Shown here: positions 1-10,183 of the stretch, piece after piece
Position numbering within the stretch: the first letter of the stretch is position 1
How the letters are laid out: the number at the start of each line of letters is the position of its first letter
DNA from: Spirochaetia bacterium
GTDB taxonomy: Bacteria > Spirochaetota > Spirochaetia > CAKZLE01
Reading direction: 5' to 3'
Assembly: GCA_963677595.1 (NCBI GenBank)
Contig: OY782041.1
Span: forward strand, 384,001-448,000
Length of the DNA: 64,000 bases
Translations under genes and position numbers: made by a program
The notes under the pieces: generated by a model
Told to the model about the DNA's origin: nothing
The model's input: only the letters and a program-made list of their open reading frames with translations
Databases searched by the model: none

Positions 1-1333
1 CCCATTTGAAGTATTTAGGATAAGCGACTTTAGCGAATCCAAGTCCGCCCATAAGAGTGCCAACTGTAGGTACGATAATATTGGTAAATCCATCACCGAA
101 CTGGTAAGCCTGCACAGCAACCTGTCTTGTAATACCTGTGATATCTGCTAAAGGAACCATAATTGGCATTACTGATGTAGCTTGACCTGATCCTGATGAG
201 ATGAACAAGTTTATGATGATGTTTGAAAGATACATCATGTTTGCCCCGAATACAGATCCAAATTGTTTGATTGGTATAGAAAGACCATAAACAATTGTGT
301 CAAGGATTAACCCATCAGTCATTATTATTGTGATACCGCGTGCAAGTCCTACGATGAATGCAGCAAAAACCATTTTCTGGCAGCCCTGGATGAATTCTTT
401 TGCTGTCCCATTAATCCCGAATCCATTGATCAGCCCCACAAATAATGAAAGCATTAAAAACACGGAAGTATATTGATTAGGTCCCCATTTCCAATTAAGA
501 ACTCCGAATATAACAAAAGCAAAACTTACAAAGATCGCTATGAGGCTGACAGTCTGTTTCCAGTTCAGAGAATCTCCTCCATCCCTCTTCTCATCTTCAT
601 CGGCAAGAGAGAAAACTTCTTCTTTTGTCATCCCGGTCTCGTAATTCAAGCTTTTTGTAAAATCCTTTTTAATGTTTCTTGCATACAGTAAAACAAACCC
701 ATAGCAGAGAGCAAAATTTATAATATGTATAACAACTCTCACATTCATACCAGAAAACATAGGAATTTCTGCAATATTCTGAGCAATACCGATTGTTCCC
801 GCATTTGCCCAACCAACATTAAAGCCAGAAAACATTCCGAAGAAGACAATTGCAAAACCAAGACCTTTATCGAACCCCATAGACTGTGAAAGAAGTATCC
901 CGATAGGGATCAAAGCCAGTGTAGCATTACTTATGGCTCCAGTTGCCCCACCTAATGATAATGTTGCCATGACGATGAGTATAGCAATCCATTCTTTTCC
1001 CTGCACTTTTGATGCTAGATTTCTGAAACTAATCTCAATTGCACCACTAACTTGTAACATATGTATTGCTGCACCAGCAAAGAAGATCATAAAGATCAAA
1101 GATGCAGATTTACCAAATCCAATTGTGATAGCATAGAAGACAGCCCAAAGTCCTTGAGGATTCTGGTCAACATTTTTGTAAGAGTCAGCAACTACAACAC
1201 TTCTTCCACCTGCTTGAATTCGTTCGAATTGACCTGCAGGTATAATCCAAGTCAATAAAGCTGCTAACAATACCATCATGAATAGTATTACATACACATT
1301 TGGAATCCCAAATTTCTTCTTCTCCCCTTTCAT
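1..1333 (-). CDS. YfcC/C4-dicarboxylate anaerobic carrier-family membrane transporter (3' end runs off the window)
   Basis: Not in the ORF track because it has no stop in the window. Manual translation from ATG at 1333 (RBS GAGGAG) gives MKGEKKKFGIPNVYVILFMMVLLAALLTWIIPAGQFERI…; the frame at the window edge reads …TLMGGLGFAKVAYPKYFKW. The 'LTWIIPAGxF' N-terminus is typical of YfcC. Visibly AT-rich. Confidence 0.8.
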   Translation of the reverse strand, partial: MKGEKKKFGIPNVYVILFMMVLLAALLTWIIPAGQFERIQAGGRSVVVADSYKNVDQNPQGLWAVFYAITIGFGKSASLIFMIFFAGAAIHMLQVSGAIEISFRNLASKVQGKEWIAILIVMATLSLGGATGAISNATLALIPIGILLSQSMGFDKGLGFAIVFFGMFSGFNVGWANAGTIGIAQNIAEIPMFSGMNVRVVIHIINFALCYGFVLLYARNIKKDFTKSLNYETGMTKEEVFSLADEDEKRDGGDSLNWKQTVSLIAIFVSFAFVIFGVLNWKWGPNQYTSVFLMLSLFVGLINGFGINGTAKEFIQGCQKMVFAAFIVGLARGITIIMTDGLILDTIVYGLSIPIKQFGSVFGANMMYLSNIIINLFISSGSGQATSVMPIMVPLADITGITRQVAVQAYQFGDGFTNIIVPTVGTLMGGLGFAKVAYPKYFKW

Positions 1334-1391
1334 ATTCCACTCCTCAAATTAATATAAAAGTCACAAATGGACTTAATTCGAACACAAATCC

Positions 1392-2303
1392 TTAAACGCC
1401 GTACTTCTTCCGGATCTCGAATTCATCGAGGACCGCATACAGCTCCTGGAGCTTCTTCCCGTGCAGTGACGGGTTCGGGCTCCGCAGGCTTCCACCGGGC
1501 AGACCCATGTAATCCAAAGCCGGCTTGATGACGATCGGGTTGGAGAACCAGTAGAGTGCTGAGGTCAGCGGGTAGTACTGGTAATAGAGCTCCCTCGACC
1601 TGTTCACCTGCTCGATCGAGTCCCAGGGGAGCGTCATCTCCGCCATCTCGTCGGGGATGATGTTACCCCCGATGTTCGCAGCCCCCTGACCGCCCAGGGC
1701 CATGGTCGGCAGCACGATGGAGTACTTGGGGAAGTCGCAGCAGAGGATGCTCAACTTGTCCCCTACCCGTCTCTTCACCTCCGCAAGCTGCTGGACACTC
1801 GGTACAGCCTCCTTGTCGGCGACGAAATGGGGAAACTCGTTCGCGAGCTTCTCGATCGTCTCGGGGTTGATATTCACCACGACCCGCGTCGGGTTGTTGT
1901 AGATACCAACGGGAATGTTGACTGACCCCATACAGGCCCTCAGGTACTCGTAGAGTGAACTCTGCGTCAGCAGCAGGTACGGCGGGGCGGTGAAGACCAG
2001 CCCGTCGGCACCTTCAGCCTCGGCATACTGCGCGAAGGCAACCGTCTGTTCGGTGGTCGGGAGCGAGGAACCGAAGAACACCGGGATCTTCCCCTTGGCA
2101 TACTTCGCCACATGAGAGACGATCTGCTTCCGCTCTTCGACGGTGAGGAGGGTGACCTCCCCTGCCGATCCCATGATCAGGATCATGGATGTCCCATGCG
2201 CTGTATGGAAATCGATCAGTGTATCGAATCCGCCGAGATCGACGGATCCATCCTCATTGAAGGGTGTAGGTATTGCGACCCAGGAACCTTGAGGCTTAAT
2301 CAT
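1392..2303 (-). CDS. Dihydrodipicolinate synthase (DapA/NAL)-family lyase
   Basis: 303 aa; AIPTPF, GSAGE (GxxGE), catalytic Tyr in GIYNNP, Schiff-base Lys in ADKEA, NPIVIK. Confidence 0.85.
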   Translation of the reverse strand: MIKPQGSWVAIPTPFNEDGSVDLGGFDTLIDFHTAHGTSMILIMGSAGEVTLLTVEERKQIVSHVAKYAKGKIPVFFGSSLPTTEQTVAFAQYAEAEGADGLVFTAPPYLLLTQSSLYEYLRACMGSVNIPVGIYNNPTRVVVNINPETIEKLANEFPHFVADKEAVPSVQQLAEVKRRVGDKLSILCCDFPKYSIVLPTMALGGQGAANIGGNIIPDEMAEMTLPWDSIEQVNRSRELYYQYYPLTSALYWFSNPIVIKPALDYMGLPGGSLRSPNPSLHGKKLQELYAVLDEFEIRKKYGV

Positions 2304-2662
2304 GACTTACAACTCCTTGTACTAAAGTTTTCATTACATCACACACTGGCGTATCTTTTTAGATATACCGTACATTATTTTGAAAATACTGGATGACTGA
2401 TTTACAGCAATCATACAGCACCAAACTCCAGCTGTAAAGTATTTATAAGCACTTGTTCACTAGATTTTTCTTACCAAGATGTCGGTACGCACGATTCATA
2501 TTTCTATTTATTACTTTATTTATAATGTTTTATATAATTTTCAAGCCTTGTTTGGCATCTGGGAAAATTTTCTACAAGACCAGTATATAACGAAAAAATA
2601 TACAAAAATGTAGTATTTCCCATCTAGCCAAACCGGGATTATCGTGTTACTCTCAAGCCGCT

Positions 2663-3961
2663 ATGAAAGAGAAAAATGAGAAATATGTATCCATACTCAG
2701 GCGTGAGCTGAAGACGGCGATGGGCTGTACCGAGCCGGCAGCCGCTGCTCTGGCGGGCTCCCTTGCCCGTGAGACGCTCGGGCGGACGCCTGAGCAGATC
2801 CAGGTCTTCGCGAGCCGCGACATGATCAAGAACGTCATGGGGGTGGGCATACCGAACAGCACCCATACCGGTCTTGAGGCAGCCGTCCTGCTGGGGGTCT
2901 TCTACGGGGAACCCGATAACGGGCTCAACATCCTGTCGAGCATCTCGGACAGCTCCCAGGAGGAACTCGCGCGGTTCAGGGAACAGGGAAAGATCCGGGT
3001 CCTCCTCGCCGAGGAGGTCCCCTCCGTCTATATCAGGGTCCTCATCAGCGAGGGAGCAGATTCCGCATCGGTGACGATCTCCGATGAACACGACCATGTC
3101 GTGGAGAAGGTGCGTAACGGCATCATCCTCTTCCATGCTGAGCCTGCAGCTGAGACAGCGGCAGAAGAGGCGGTCTTCCCGGATGACTGGAGTATCAACG
3201 GCATTGTCGATTTCGTGCAGCATGCCCCGGAAGAGGACCTGCTCTTCCTCCTCGATGTCGCAGAGACGAACCGGGCGATCGCCGAACACGCCCTGAAGAA
3301 CTCCTTCGGGCTGAACGTCGGAAGGATCATGTACGAGGACCTTGCCGGGGGTATCAATACCCGTGACGACGCATTCAAGTACGGTGCCGTACTCGCTTCC
3401 GCTGCTTCAGATGCGAGGATGGCAGGCTGTTCGCTGCCGGTCATCATCAACTCAGGCAGCGGAAACCAGGGGATCACGGCTACCCTGCCGCCCTACGTCT
3501 TCGGGACCTTCCTCGAAGCAGACCAGCAGACCCTCGTGCGGGCCATGGCGCTCAGCCACCTGGTCGCCATCTTCCTTGCCTACCATAAGGGTCGGCTCTC
3601 CGCCCTCTGCGGGGCATTCACCGCGGCGATCGGCACGAGCTGTGCCTATGTCTACCTGCTCGGCGGTGATGGGAAGCAGATCGAGAATGCGATCAATATC
3701 ATGGTGGCGAACCTGATGGGGATCCTCTGCGACGGGGCGAAAAAGACCTGTGCCCTGAAGATCTACTCCTGCGTCGACTCAGCGGCCATGAGTGCCAAAC
3801 TGGCGATCAACGACTGCTACGTCGGCAGTGAGTCGGGCATCCTCGGTAATGACTCCCTCACGACCATCACGAACGTGCAGAAGGTCAGCCATGAGGGGAT
3901 GGAGATGACCGACAAGACCATCCTCAACATCATGGTGAACAAGCAGGGACCTCAAGCATAA
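2663..3961 (+). CDS. L-cysteine desulfidase-like (CdsB/YhaM, UPF0597) Fe-S dehydratase
   Basis: 432 aa; MGCTEP, ASDARMAG, NSGSGNQG, LSALCG, GILCDGAKKTCALK. Confidence 0.85.
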   Translation: MKEKNEKYVSILRRELKTAMGCTEPAAAALAGSLARETLGRTPEQIQVFASRDMIKNVMGVGIPNSTHTGLEAAVLLGVFYGEPDNGLNILSSISDSSQEELARFREQGKIRVLLAEEVPSVYIRVLISEGADSASVTISDEHDHVVEKVRNGIILFHAEPAAETAAEEAVFPDDWSINGIVDFVQHAPEEDLLFLLDVAETNRAIAEHALKNSFGLNVGRIMYEDLAGGINTRDDAFKYGAVLASAASDARMAGCSLPVIINSGSGNQGITATLPPYVFGTFLEADQQTLVRAMALSHLVAIFLAYHKGRLSALCGAFTAAIGTSCAYVYLLGGDGKQIENAINIMVANLMGILCDGAKKTCALKIYSCVDSAAMSAKLAINDCYVGSESGILGNDSLTTITNVQKVSHEGMEMTDKTILNIMVNKQGPQA

Positions 3962-3966
3962 TACGG

Positions 3967-3990
3967 CAGCCCGCCTGAACAGGCGGGTTG
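3967..3990 (+). terminator. Stem-loop between convergent genes
   Basis: CAGCCCGCCTG-AA-CAGGCGGGTTG immediately after the stop codon. Confidence 0.55.
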
Positions 3991-4034
3991 TCGTATGAAT
4001 ATATATATCCGGTGTTCAGTAGGTATCTTCGAGC

Positions 4035-4703
4035 CTACTCGTCAGCAGCAGTCTCCGGGTTATAGGCATTCCAAAGCGTCCAGTTCAGGGTAGCCCAGTT
4101 CTTGGCGACCCGCATGGCCTTCCTGTCGTTCCTGTCGCCCGAGATGCGGACGGAAGACTCCACCATCTTCCATCGGTCGTCGGTAGTCCCGCTCGCTCCG
4201 CCGACATACTTCGACTCAACGAAATACCTTCCGAACGTCTCGATGGACCTTGAGCCCAGGGATATGGTCACCTCCCTATCCAGGGGGAAATACTGCCTGA
4301 GGTCATAGGCATAGTTGCTGAATGGTCCGTAGGTGGGGATGATATCCTCCGGGAGTATGCTGTAATCGACATAGACATGCATGAAGCCCTTCAGAGTATA
4401 GGTCCCGGGACTCAGGTTCTCAGAATAGTAGAATGAGTCCACCCGTGATTCGGTATCGAACGGCTTGAACGGGATCTCATTACCGCGGTCATCGACAACC
4501 CAGGGGGCCCAGCCCGATACGTTCGTATTCCATAAGGCCTGGGTCTCAGAACCATTGTGGACTCCTGCTTCCACGATGAGCATCGACCCATCCCCTACCG
4601 GGGGGTCGACATTCGGCCAGAACGCCATGATAGAAAGGCATGAAGTGAGCAGCAATGGCAGAACCACTGCTGTACCAACCAGGAAACGTACACTTCTTCT
4701 CAT
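4035..4703 (-). CDS. Hypothetical lipoprotein
   Basis: Start moved to ATG 4703 (RBS GAGGAGG); signal peptide and lipobox MRRSVRFLVGTAVVLPLLLTS-C. Confidence 0.7.
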   Translation of the reverse strand: MRRSVRFLVGTAVVLPLLLTSCLSIMAFWPNVDPPVGDGSMLIVEAGVHNGSETQALWNTNVSGWAPWVVDDRGNEIPFKPFDTESRVDSFYYSENLSPGTYTLKGFMHVYVDYSILPEDIIPTYGPFSNYAYDLRQYFPLDREVTISLGSRSIETFGRYFVESKYVGGASGTTDDRWKMVESSVRISGDRNDRKAMRVAKNWATLNWTLWNAYNPETAADE

Positions 4704-4927
4704 ATTGTCCTCCTCAGAACGTACTCTGTCACGAACCCACAACGCACATGGCCCGCAGCTATTCGAGAAAAAACCATCAATACCAGAAGGATCATCGGGT
4801 GACACAGTTCTAGCGCATTACCTGAAACCTTCCAGATAATGAGGGATTCACAGGGAACAGATACCTCGTGTCTCATTCGATTATATAATACCTGACCATT
4901 ACAGTAAAGGAATCTTATGATAGGAGA

Positions 4928-6436
4928 TTAGAACCCCTTCATCCCGGAGGTAGCATAGGCAAGGATCTCCTCCTTGCTCGCCTCCTCCCCACGAAGCTCC
5001 CCGGCTATGACGCCCCGTGCGAGAACGAGGATCCGGTCGCTCATCCCGATGATCTCCTCGATCTCGGAGGAGATCAGGATGATGGAGGCTCCCTTGCTGA
5101 CCAGGTCGTTCATGGCATTGTAGATGTCGATCTTGGAGGCGGCATCGATGCTGCGGGTCGGTTCATCCATGATATAGACGAGAGAGCGGTTGAGGAACCA
5201 GCGGGAGATCAGGACCTTCTGCTGGTTCCCTCCCGAATAGTGGTCGATATGATCGAAGTTCTGCCCGGGCTCGATCGTGAACTCATGGACATAGTCCTGG
5301 GTGACCGACTGCATGCTGTAGTCATCGAGGAAGCCAGAGTTCATGAACCGTATCAGGGATGCATTCGTGACGTTATGCACGAGGTCCTGGTGCATGAAGA
5401 TGCCGTTGTCGATACGGTTCTCCGGGATCAGAGAGATGCCGCTGCGCATCGCGTCGCTGGGGTTGCTGAAATCGACAGTCGCACCTTTGACCGACAGGCT
5501 CCCCCCGTCGGGCTTTACAAGCCCGAAGAGACAGTTCGCAAGCAGGGTCCTCCCAGAACCCATCAACCCGGTGATCCCGAGGATCTCTCCCCTCCTGAGC
5601 GAGAAGGAGACATCCGTGAGGACCGGCTGCTTCGCCAGCCTGTCGACTGAAAGGACCTCCTCTCCAAGCGGGACCCTGATGCGGGGATACCGCTCCTTCT
5701 GGACATCCCCGGTAAGCATGTGGACGAGCGAGCGCAGGTCGATATCGGAGCAGTCCTGTGTATCCCGTACCCTCCCCTTGCTCAACACCGAGATACGGTC
5801 CCCGACCTCCTTGATCTCATCGATCCTGTGAGAGATATAGAAGATCGCCTTCCCCTGGTCACGCAGCTGCCTGATGAGGGAGAAGAGGATCCCCCGCTCG
5901 AAGTCATTCATCGCCGAGGATGGTTCATCGAAGATCACGAGGTCAACATCGCTCACATAGCCCTGGATAGCAGCAAGCAGCTGCCGCTCGGCATAGCCGA
6001 GTCCAGCCACCTTCATCTCAGGATCCAGGTCGACATCCAGCTTCTCGAAGAGCCTGCGGCACTCAGAGAGGATCTTGTACCGGTTCAGGGTGAACCCCTG
6101 CTTCCCGACCTTCTCATAGACCCCGAAGAAGACGTTCTCCGCCACGGTGAAGTTGTCGAAGAGCTGCACGTCCTGGTTCATGTAGACGATACCGTGTTTC
6201 TTGGCCTCGAAGATCGAGCCATAGGAGACCGGCTCTCCCTTGTAGATGATGCTGCCGGTATCCGGCCCGAACCAGCCGCTGACGAGCTTCATGAGGGTCG
6301 ACTTCCCGGCCCCGTTCTCCCCGATCAGGACATGCACCTCGCCGGGGTAGAGATCAAGGTCTATCTCCTCGAGATGGAAGAGGTCGAACTGCTTGCAGAT
6401 CCCCCGCAGGGAAAGGATCGGTTCCCGGTTACTCAT
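4928..6436 (-). CDS. Sugar (CUT2) ABC transporter ATP-binding protein with two NBDs
   Basis: [30 protein letters not shown]. Confidence 0.9.
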   Translation of the reverse strand: MSNREPILSLRGICKQFDLFHLEEIDLDLYPGEVHVLIGENGAGKSTLMKLVSGWFGPDTGSIIYKGEPVSYGSIFEAKKHGIVYMNQDVQLFDNFTVAENVFFGVYEKVGKQGFTLNRYKILSECRRLFEKLDVDLDPEMKVAGLGYAERQLLAAIQGYVSDVDLVIFDEPSSAMNDFERGILFSLIRQLRDQGKAIFYISHRIDEIKEVGDRISVLSKGRVRDTQDCSDIDLRSLVHMLTGDVQKERYPRIRVPLGEEVLSVDRLAKQPVLTDVSFSLRRGEILGITGLMGSGRTLLANCLFGLVKPDGGSLSVKGATVDFSNPSDAMRSGISLIPENRIDNGIFMHQDLVHNVTNASLIRFMNSGFLDDYSMQSVTQDYVHEFTIEPGQNFDHIDHYSGGNQQKVLISRWFLNRSLVYIMDEPTRSIDAASKIDIYNAMNDLVSKGASIILISSEIEEIIGMSDRILVLARGVIAGELRGEEASKEEILAYATSGMKGF

Positions 6437-7220
6437 GGGCCCCCTCGAATGCGGCGATCGTGGTAAACAGTGCGATGTTGTTGGAGAAGATCCGCTCCTT
6501 GAATCGCTCGGTGATATCGGAGTTGGAGATGATGCGTCTGATCATCTTCAGGTTGCCGAGCCGGAAGAAGGCATTCCTGCCGAACCGGTCAGACGGGCAG
6601 ATGACGGTAGCCTTGTCGGCGAGTTCGAGCGCGCCCAGGATCAGGTCCGCCTTGTCCTGGTTGTTCACTGTCAGCAGCAGGTCCTCGTTGATCCCGTCGA
6701 CCTCGATGAAGAGATGGCTCACATAGAACTTCTGGAGGTTCGTCAACGCCATGGTACCGAACACGGCCAGTTCACTCCTGTTCATGTCCCCGCCGAGCAG
6801 GACTACCCGGTTGCTCTTCTGCAGGGTGATCCGCAGGGCGATCTCGACGTCGTTGGTCAGGACGGTCAGCCCGGAACGTTCCCCCAGCTTCGAGGCGATC
6901 ACCGCATTGACCGGGCCGTTCGTGAGCATGACGACCTCCCCGTCCTGGATCATCTTGATCGCGACCGAAGCTATCCGTTCACTTGATTCGTCCTCATCGG
7001 TCCTGTCGATGAGGTCTATGATGGGATCTGGCGTATCAGGGCGGTTGATGACCGCACCGCCGTGGGTCCGGGTCAGCCAGCCTTCAGCCTCGAGGCGCTC
7101 GAGGTCCCGCCGTACGGTGACCTCGGATACCCCGAGTATTCCGCTGAGCTCCTGGACCTGGGCCTGGTTGTGTTCCTTGAGGTACTCTTTGATGATTCTC
7201 TTTCGTTCGATGGCGTACAT
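6429..7220 (-). CDS. DeoR/GlpR-family transcriptional regulator
   Basis: HTH motif GVSEVTVRRDL, RTHGGA, DeoRC-like C-terminus. Confidence 0.9.
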   Translation of the reverse strand: MYAIERKRIIKEYLKEHNQAQVQELSGILGVSEVTVRRDLERLEAEGWLTRTHGGAVINRPDTPDPIIDLIDRTDEDESSERIASVAIKMIQDGEVVMLTNGPVNAVIASKLGERSGLTVLTNDVEIALRITLQKSNRVVLLGGDMNRSELAVFGTMALTNLQKFYVSHLFIEVDGINEDLLLTVNNQDKADLILGALELADKATVICPSDRFGRNAFFRLGNLKMIRRIISNSDITERFKERIFSNNIALFTTIAAFEGAHE

Positions 7221-7315
7221 GCTTCTTCCTCACTTGAGATTATAGGGTTTATTTCGCGTATTCACAACAGAATAATCAGAAATGTTCCGGTTCAATGAAC
7301 AATGAAGAATTTTTC

Positions 7316-7345
7316 TTGACAAATAAAAAAAGTCGATCCTATAAT
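7316..7345 (+). promoter_or_regulatory. Sigma70-type promoter of the chvE-gguAB operon
   Basis: TTGACA (7316-7321), 18-nt spacer, TATAAT (7340-7345). Confidence 0.65.
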
Positions 7346-7428
7346 TAATCATAAACGAAAGCAATGTGTTATTTTCTTGATTATTTACTTACGTTTCTGC
7401 TTTCAAACATCAAAAAAGGAGTGTATCT

Positions 7429-8496
7429 ATGAAAAAGATCGTAATGATCGCGCTGCTCGTCCTCATCGCCATGGCACCGGTATTCGCCGGCGGCCAGCAG
7501 GAGTCAGCACAACAGACCGTAGGGATCGCCATGCCGACCCAGTCCTCACAGAGGTGGATCCAGGATGGTAACTACATGAAGCAGATCCTCGAGGAGAGGG
7601 GCTACAAGGTGGACCTGCAGTATGCAGAAGATAATATCGACGCACAGGTGTCCCAGATCGAGAACATGATCGTGAAGGGTGCCAACGTACTGGTCATCGC
7701 CGCTATCGACGGCGAGTCCCTGACCAACGTACTCGACCAGGCAGCCCAGAACGATGTCAAGGTCATCGCATATGACCGTCTGATCAAGAACTCGGCACAT
7801 GTCAGCTACTATGCTACCTTCGACAACTTCCTCGTCGGCGTACAGCAGGGCGGCTATATCGTGAAAGCCCTTGACCTCGCTTCAGGCGCAGGTCCCTTCA
7901 ACGTGGAGCTCTTCGCAGGGTCACCTGACGACACCAATGCCTACTACTTCTTCGATGGCGCCATGAGTGAACTGCAGCCCTACATCGATAACGGGCAGGT
8001 CATCATCGCCAGCGGCCAGACCGACTTCGACGAAGTCGCTACCCTCCGATGGGACGGGGCTACCGCCCAGCAGAGAATGGACAACATCCTCGCAGCCTTC
8101 TACACAGACAAAAAGATCGATGCAGTGCTCTCACCCTATGACGGCATCTCCATCGGTATCCTCTCAGCCCTCAAGAGCGTCGGCTACAACAAGGCCCAGG
8201 GCATGCCGATCGTGACCGGACAGGATGCAGAGATCCCTTCAGTCAAGTCGATCCTTGCCGGCGAGCAGGCTGCAACGGTATTCAAGGATACCCGAACCCT
8301 CGCAAAACGTGCATCTGACATGGTAGACGCAGTCCTCCAGGGAACCACACCTGAGATCAACAACACCACTACCTATGACAACGGCGTGTTCATCGTACCG
8401 TCATTCCTCGAAGTCCCGGTATCAGTCGATATCAGCAACTGGGAATCGGCACTGATCGACACCGGCTACTATGAGAAATCGGATCTCGGGCTGTAA
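7429..8496 (+). CDS. chvE: Multiple-monosaccharide ABC transporter substrate-binding protein (ChvE/SbpA)
   Basis: IAMPTQSSQRWIQDG, YYATFDNFLVG, GSPDDTNA, TGQDAE, TVFKDTR, TYDNG. Confidence 0.9.
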   Translation: MKKIVMIALLVLIAMAPVFAGGQQESAQQTVGIAMPTQSSQRWIQDGNYMKQILEERGYKVDLQYAEDNIDAQVSQIENMIVKGANVLVIAAIDGESLTNVLDQAAQNDVKVIAYDRLIKNSAHVSYYATFDNFLVGVQQGGYIVKALDLASGAGPFNVELFAGSPDDTNAYYFFDGAMSELQPYIDNGQVIIASGQTDFDEVATLRWDGATAQQRMDNILAAFYTDKKIDAVLSPYDGISIGILSALKSVGYNKAQGMPIVTGQDAEIPSVKSILAGEQAATVFKDTRTLAKRASDMVDAVLQGTTPEINNTTTYDNGVFIVPSFLEVPVSVDISNWESALIDTGYYEKSDLGL

Positions 8497-8535
8497 TCCC
8501 CTACCAACCGGAAACCTAACGTAAAGATTTGGAAG

Positions 8536-8559
8536 CCAGTGCCGAAGCTTCGGCACTGG
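8536..8559 (+). promoter_or_regulatory. Intercistronic stem-loop after the binding-protein gene
   Basis: Perfect 24-bp palindrome CCAGTGCCGAAGCTTCGGCACTGG. Confidence 0.55.
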
Positions 8560-8635
8560 TCTTCTCAACGAATAATCCTGTCATACCGCTGATCGGTGGT
8601 ATAATGGAACAAATAAATCGGGAGAATGTTGAATC

Positions 8636-10180
8636 ATGGCAGAAACGATTCTGGAGATGCGCAAGATCACCAAGAAGTTCTCAGGAGTTGTGGCCCTTCG
8701 TGATGTCTCCTTGCAGGTGACGAACGGTGAGATCCATGCACTGGTCGGGGAGAACGGTGCCGGGAAGTCGACCCTGATGAACGTCCTGTCTGGCGTCTAT
8801 CCCCACGGCACCTATGAGGGAGACATCATCCTTCACGGTGAGCACTGCAGCTTCAGGAACATCAAGGACAGCGAGCAGCTCGGGATCGTCATCATCCACC
8901 AGGAGCTTGCCCTCATCCCATTCCTCTCCATCGCGGAGAATATCTTCTTAGGGAATGAATGCGCGAAGTCAGGGTTCATCAACTGGAATGACACCACCAA
9001 CCGGGCCGCTGTGCTGCTGAAGCAGGTTGGACTCGATGAGAACCCCAACACCCTCATCCGCGATATCGGGGTCGGCAAGCAGCAGCTCGTGGAGATCGCG
9101 AAAGCCCTCTCCAAGGACGTGAAGCTGCTCATCCTCGATGAGCCGACCGCGGCACTCAATGACGAGGAGTCTGACAAGTTGCTCACCCTGCTCACCGGGC
9201 TTCGTGACAAGGGCGTCACTTCGATCCTGATCAGCCACAAGCTGAACGAGGTCGAGAAGGTCGCTGACAGCATCACGGTGATCCGTGACGGCCAGGTCAT
9301 CGAGACCATGTACAAGGAGAAGGAGCCGTTCCATGAGGACCGCATCATCTCCAGCATGGTAGGCAGGGAGATCACCGACCGGTGGCCAGGCAGGGACAAC
9401 TCCATCGGGGACGAGATCTTCAGGGCTGAGGAGTGGACGGTCTTCCACCCGCAGTATGAGGAACGCAAGGTCATCAACAAGGCCAGCTTCTCCGTGAAAC
9501 GAGGAGAAGTCGTGGGATTCGCGGGACTCATGGGAGCCGGACGCACAGAGATCGCCATGAGCATCTTCGGCCGGGCATACGGGGTCGGCCACTCAGGGAA
9601 GCTCTTCAAGGACGGGAAGGAGATCCAGCTCAACTCCGTGACCGACGCGATCGATAACGGGATCGCCTACGTCACCGAGGACAGGAAGAACTTCGGCCTC
9701 GTGCTGATCAATGATATCAAGACGAACATATCATTGGCGAACCTGAAGAAGGTCACGAACTCAGGGGTCCTGGACCTCAATGACGAGATCTACCAGGCCG
9801 GTGAATACCGGAAGAAGCTGAACATCCGCTGCAGCGGTCTCCAGCAGCCGGTCGAGAGCCTTTCAGGCGGGAACCAGCAGAAGGTGGTCTTGAGCAAGTG
9901 GCTCATGGCCGAGCCGGACTTCCTGATGCTCGACGAACCAACCAGGGGGATCGATGTCGGGGCGAAGTACGAGATCTACACGATCATCAACGAACTGGCG
10001 GCTGAAGGGAAAGCCGTACTCATGATCTCATCGGAGATGCCCGAGCTCTTGGGCATGTGCGACAGGATCTATGTAGTGAATCAAGGGGAGATCGCCGGAT
10101 GCCTCACAAAGGAAGAGGCATCCCAGGAATCGATCATGAAGACGATCATGAATCATCAGAAGGCATTAATAAGGGAGTGA
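8636..10180 (+). CDS. gguA: Multiple-monosaccharide ABC transporter ATP-binding protein (GguA/MmsA)
   Basis: [34 protein letters not shown]; operon context. Confidence 0.9.
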   Translation: MAETILEMRKITKKFSGVVALRDVSLQVTNGEIHALVGENGAGKSTLMNVLSGVYPHGTYEGDIILHGEHCSFRNIKDSEQLGIVIIHQELALIPFLSIAENIFLGNECAKSGFINWNDTTNRAAVLLKQVGLDENPNTLIRDIGVGKQQLVEIAKALSKDVKLLILDEPTAALNDEESDKLLTLLTGLRDKGVTSILISHKLNEVEKVADSITVIRDGQVIETMYKEKEPFHEDRIISSMVGREITDRWPGRDNSIGDEIFRAEEWTVFHPQYEERKVINKASFSVKRGEVVGFAGLMGAGRTEIAMSIFGRAYGVGHSGKLFKDGKEIQLNSVTDAIDNGIAYVTEDRKNFGLVLINDIKTNISLANLKKVTNSGVLDLNDEIYQAGEYRKKLNIRCSGLQQPVESLSGGNQQKVVLSKWLMAEPDFLMLDEPTRGIDVGAKYEIYTIINELAAEGKAVLMISSEMPELLGMCDRIYVVNQGEIAGCLTKEEASQESIMKTIMNHQKALIRE

Positions 10181-10183
10181 CAG

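Noticed and set aside
473-1258. Three short plus-strand ORFs
   Set aside because: They are antisense to the YfcC-family gene that the ORF track missed.
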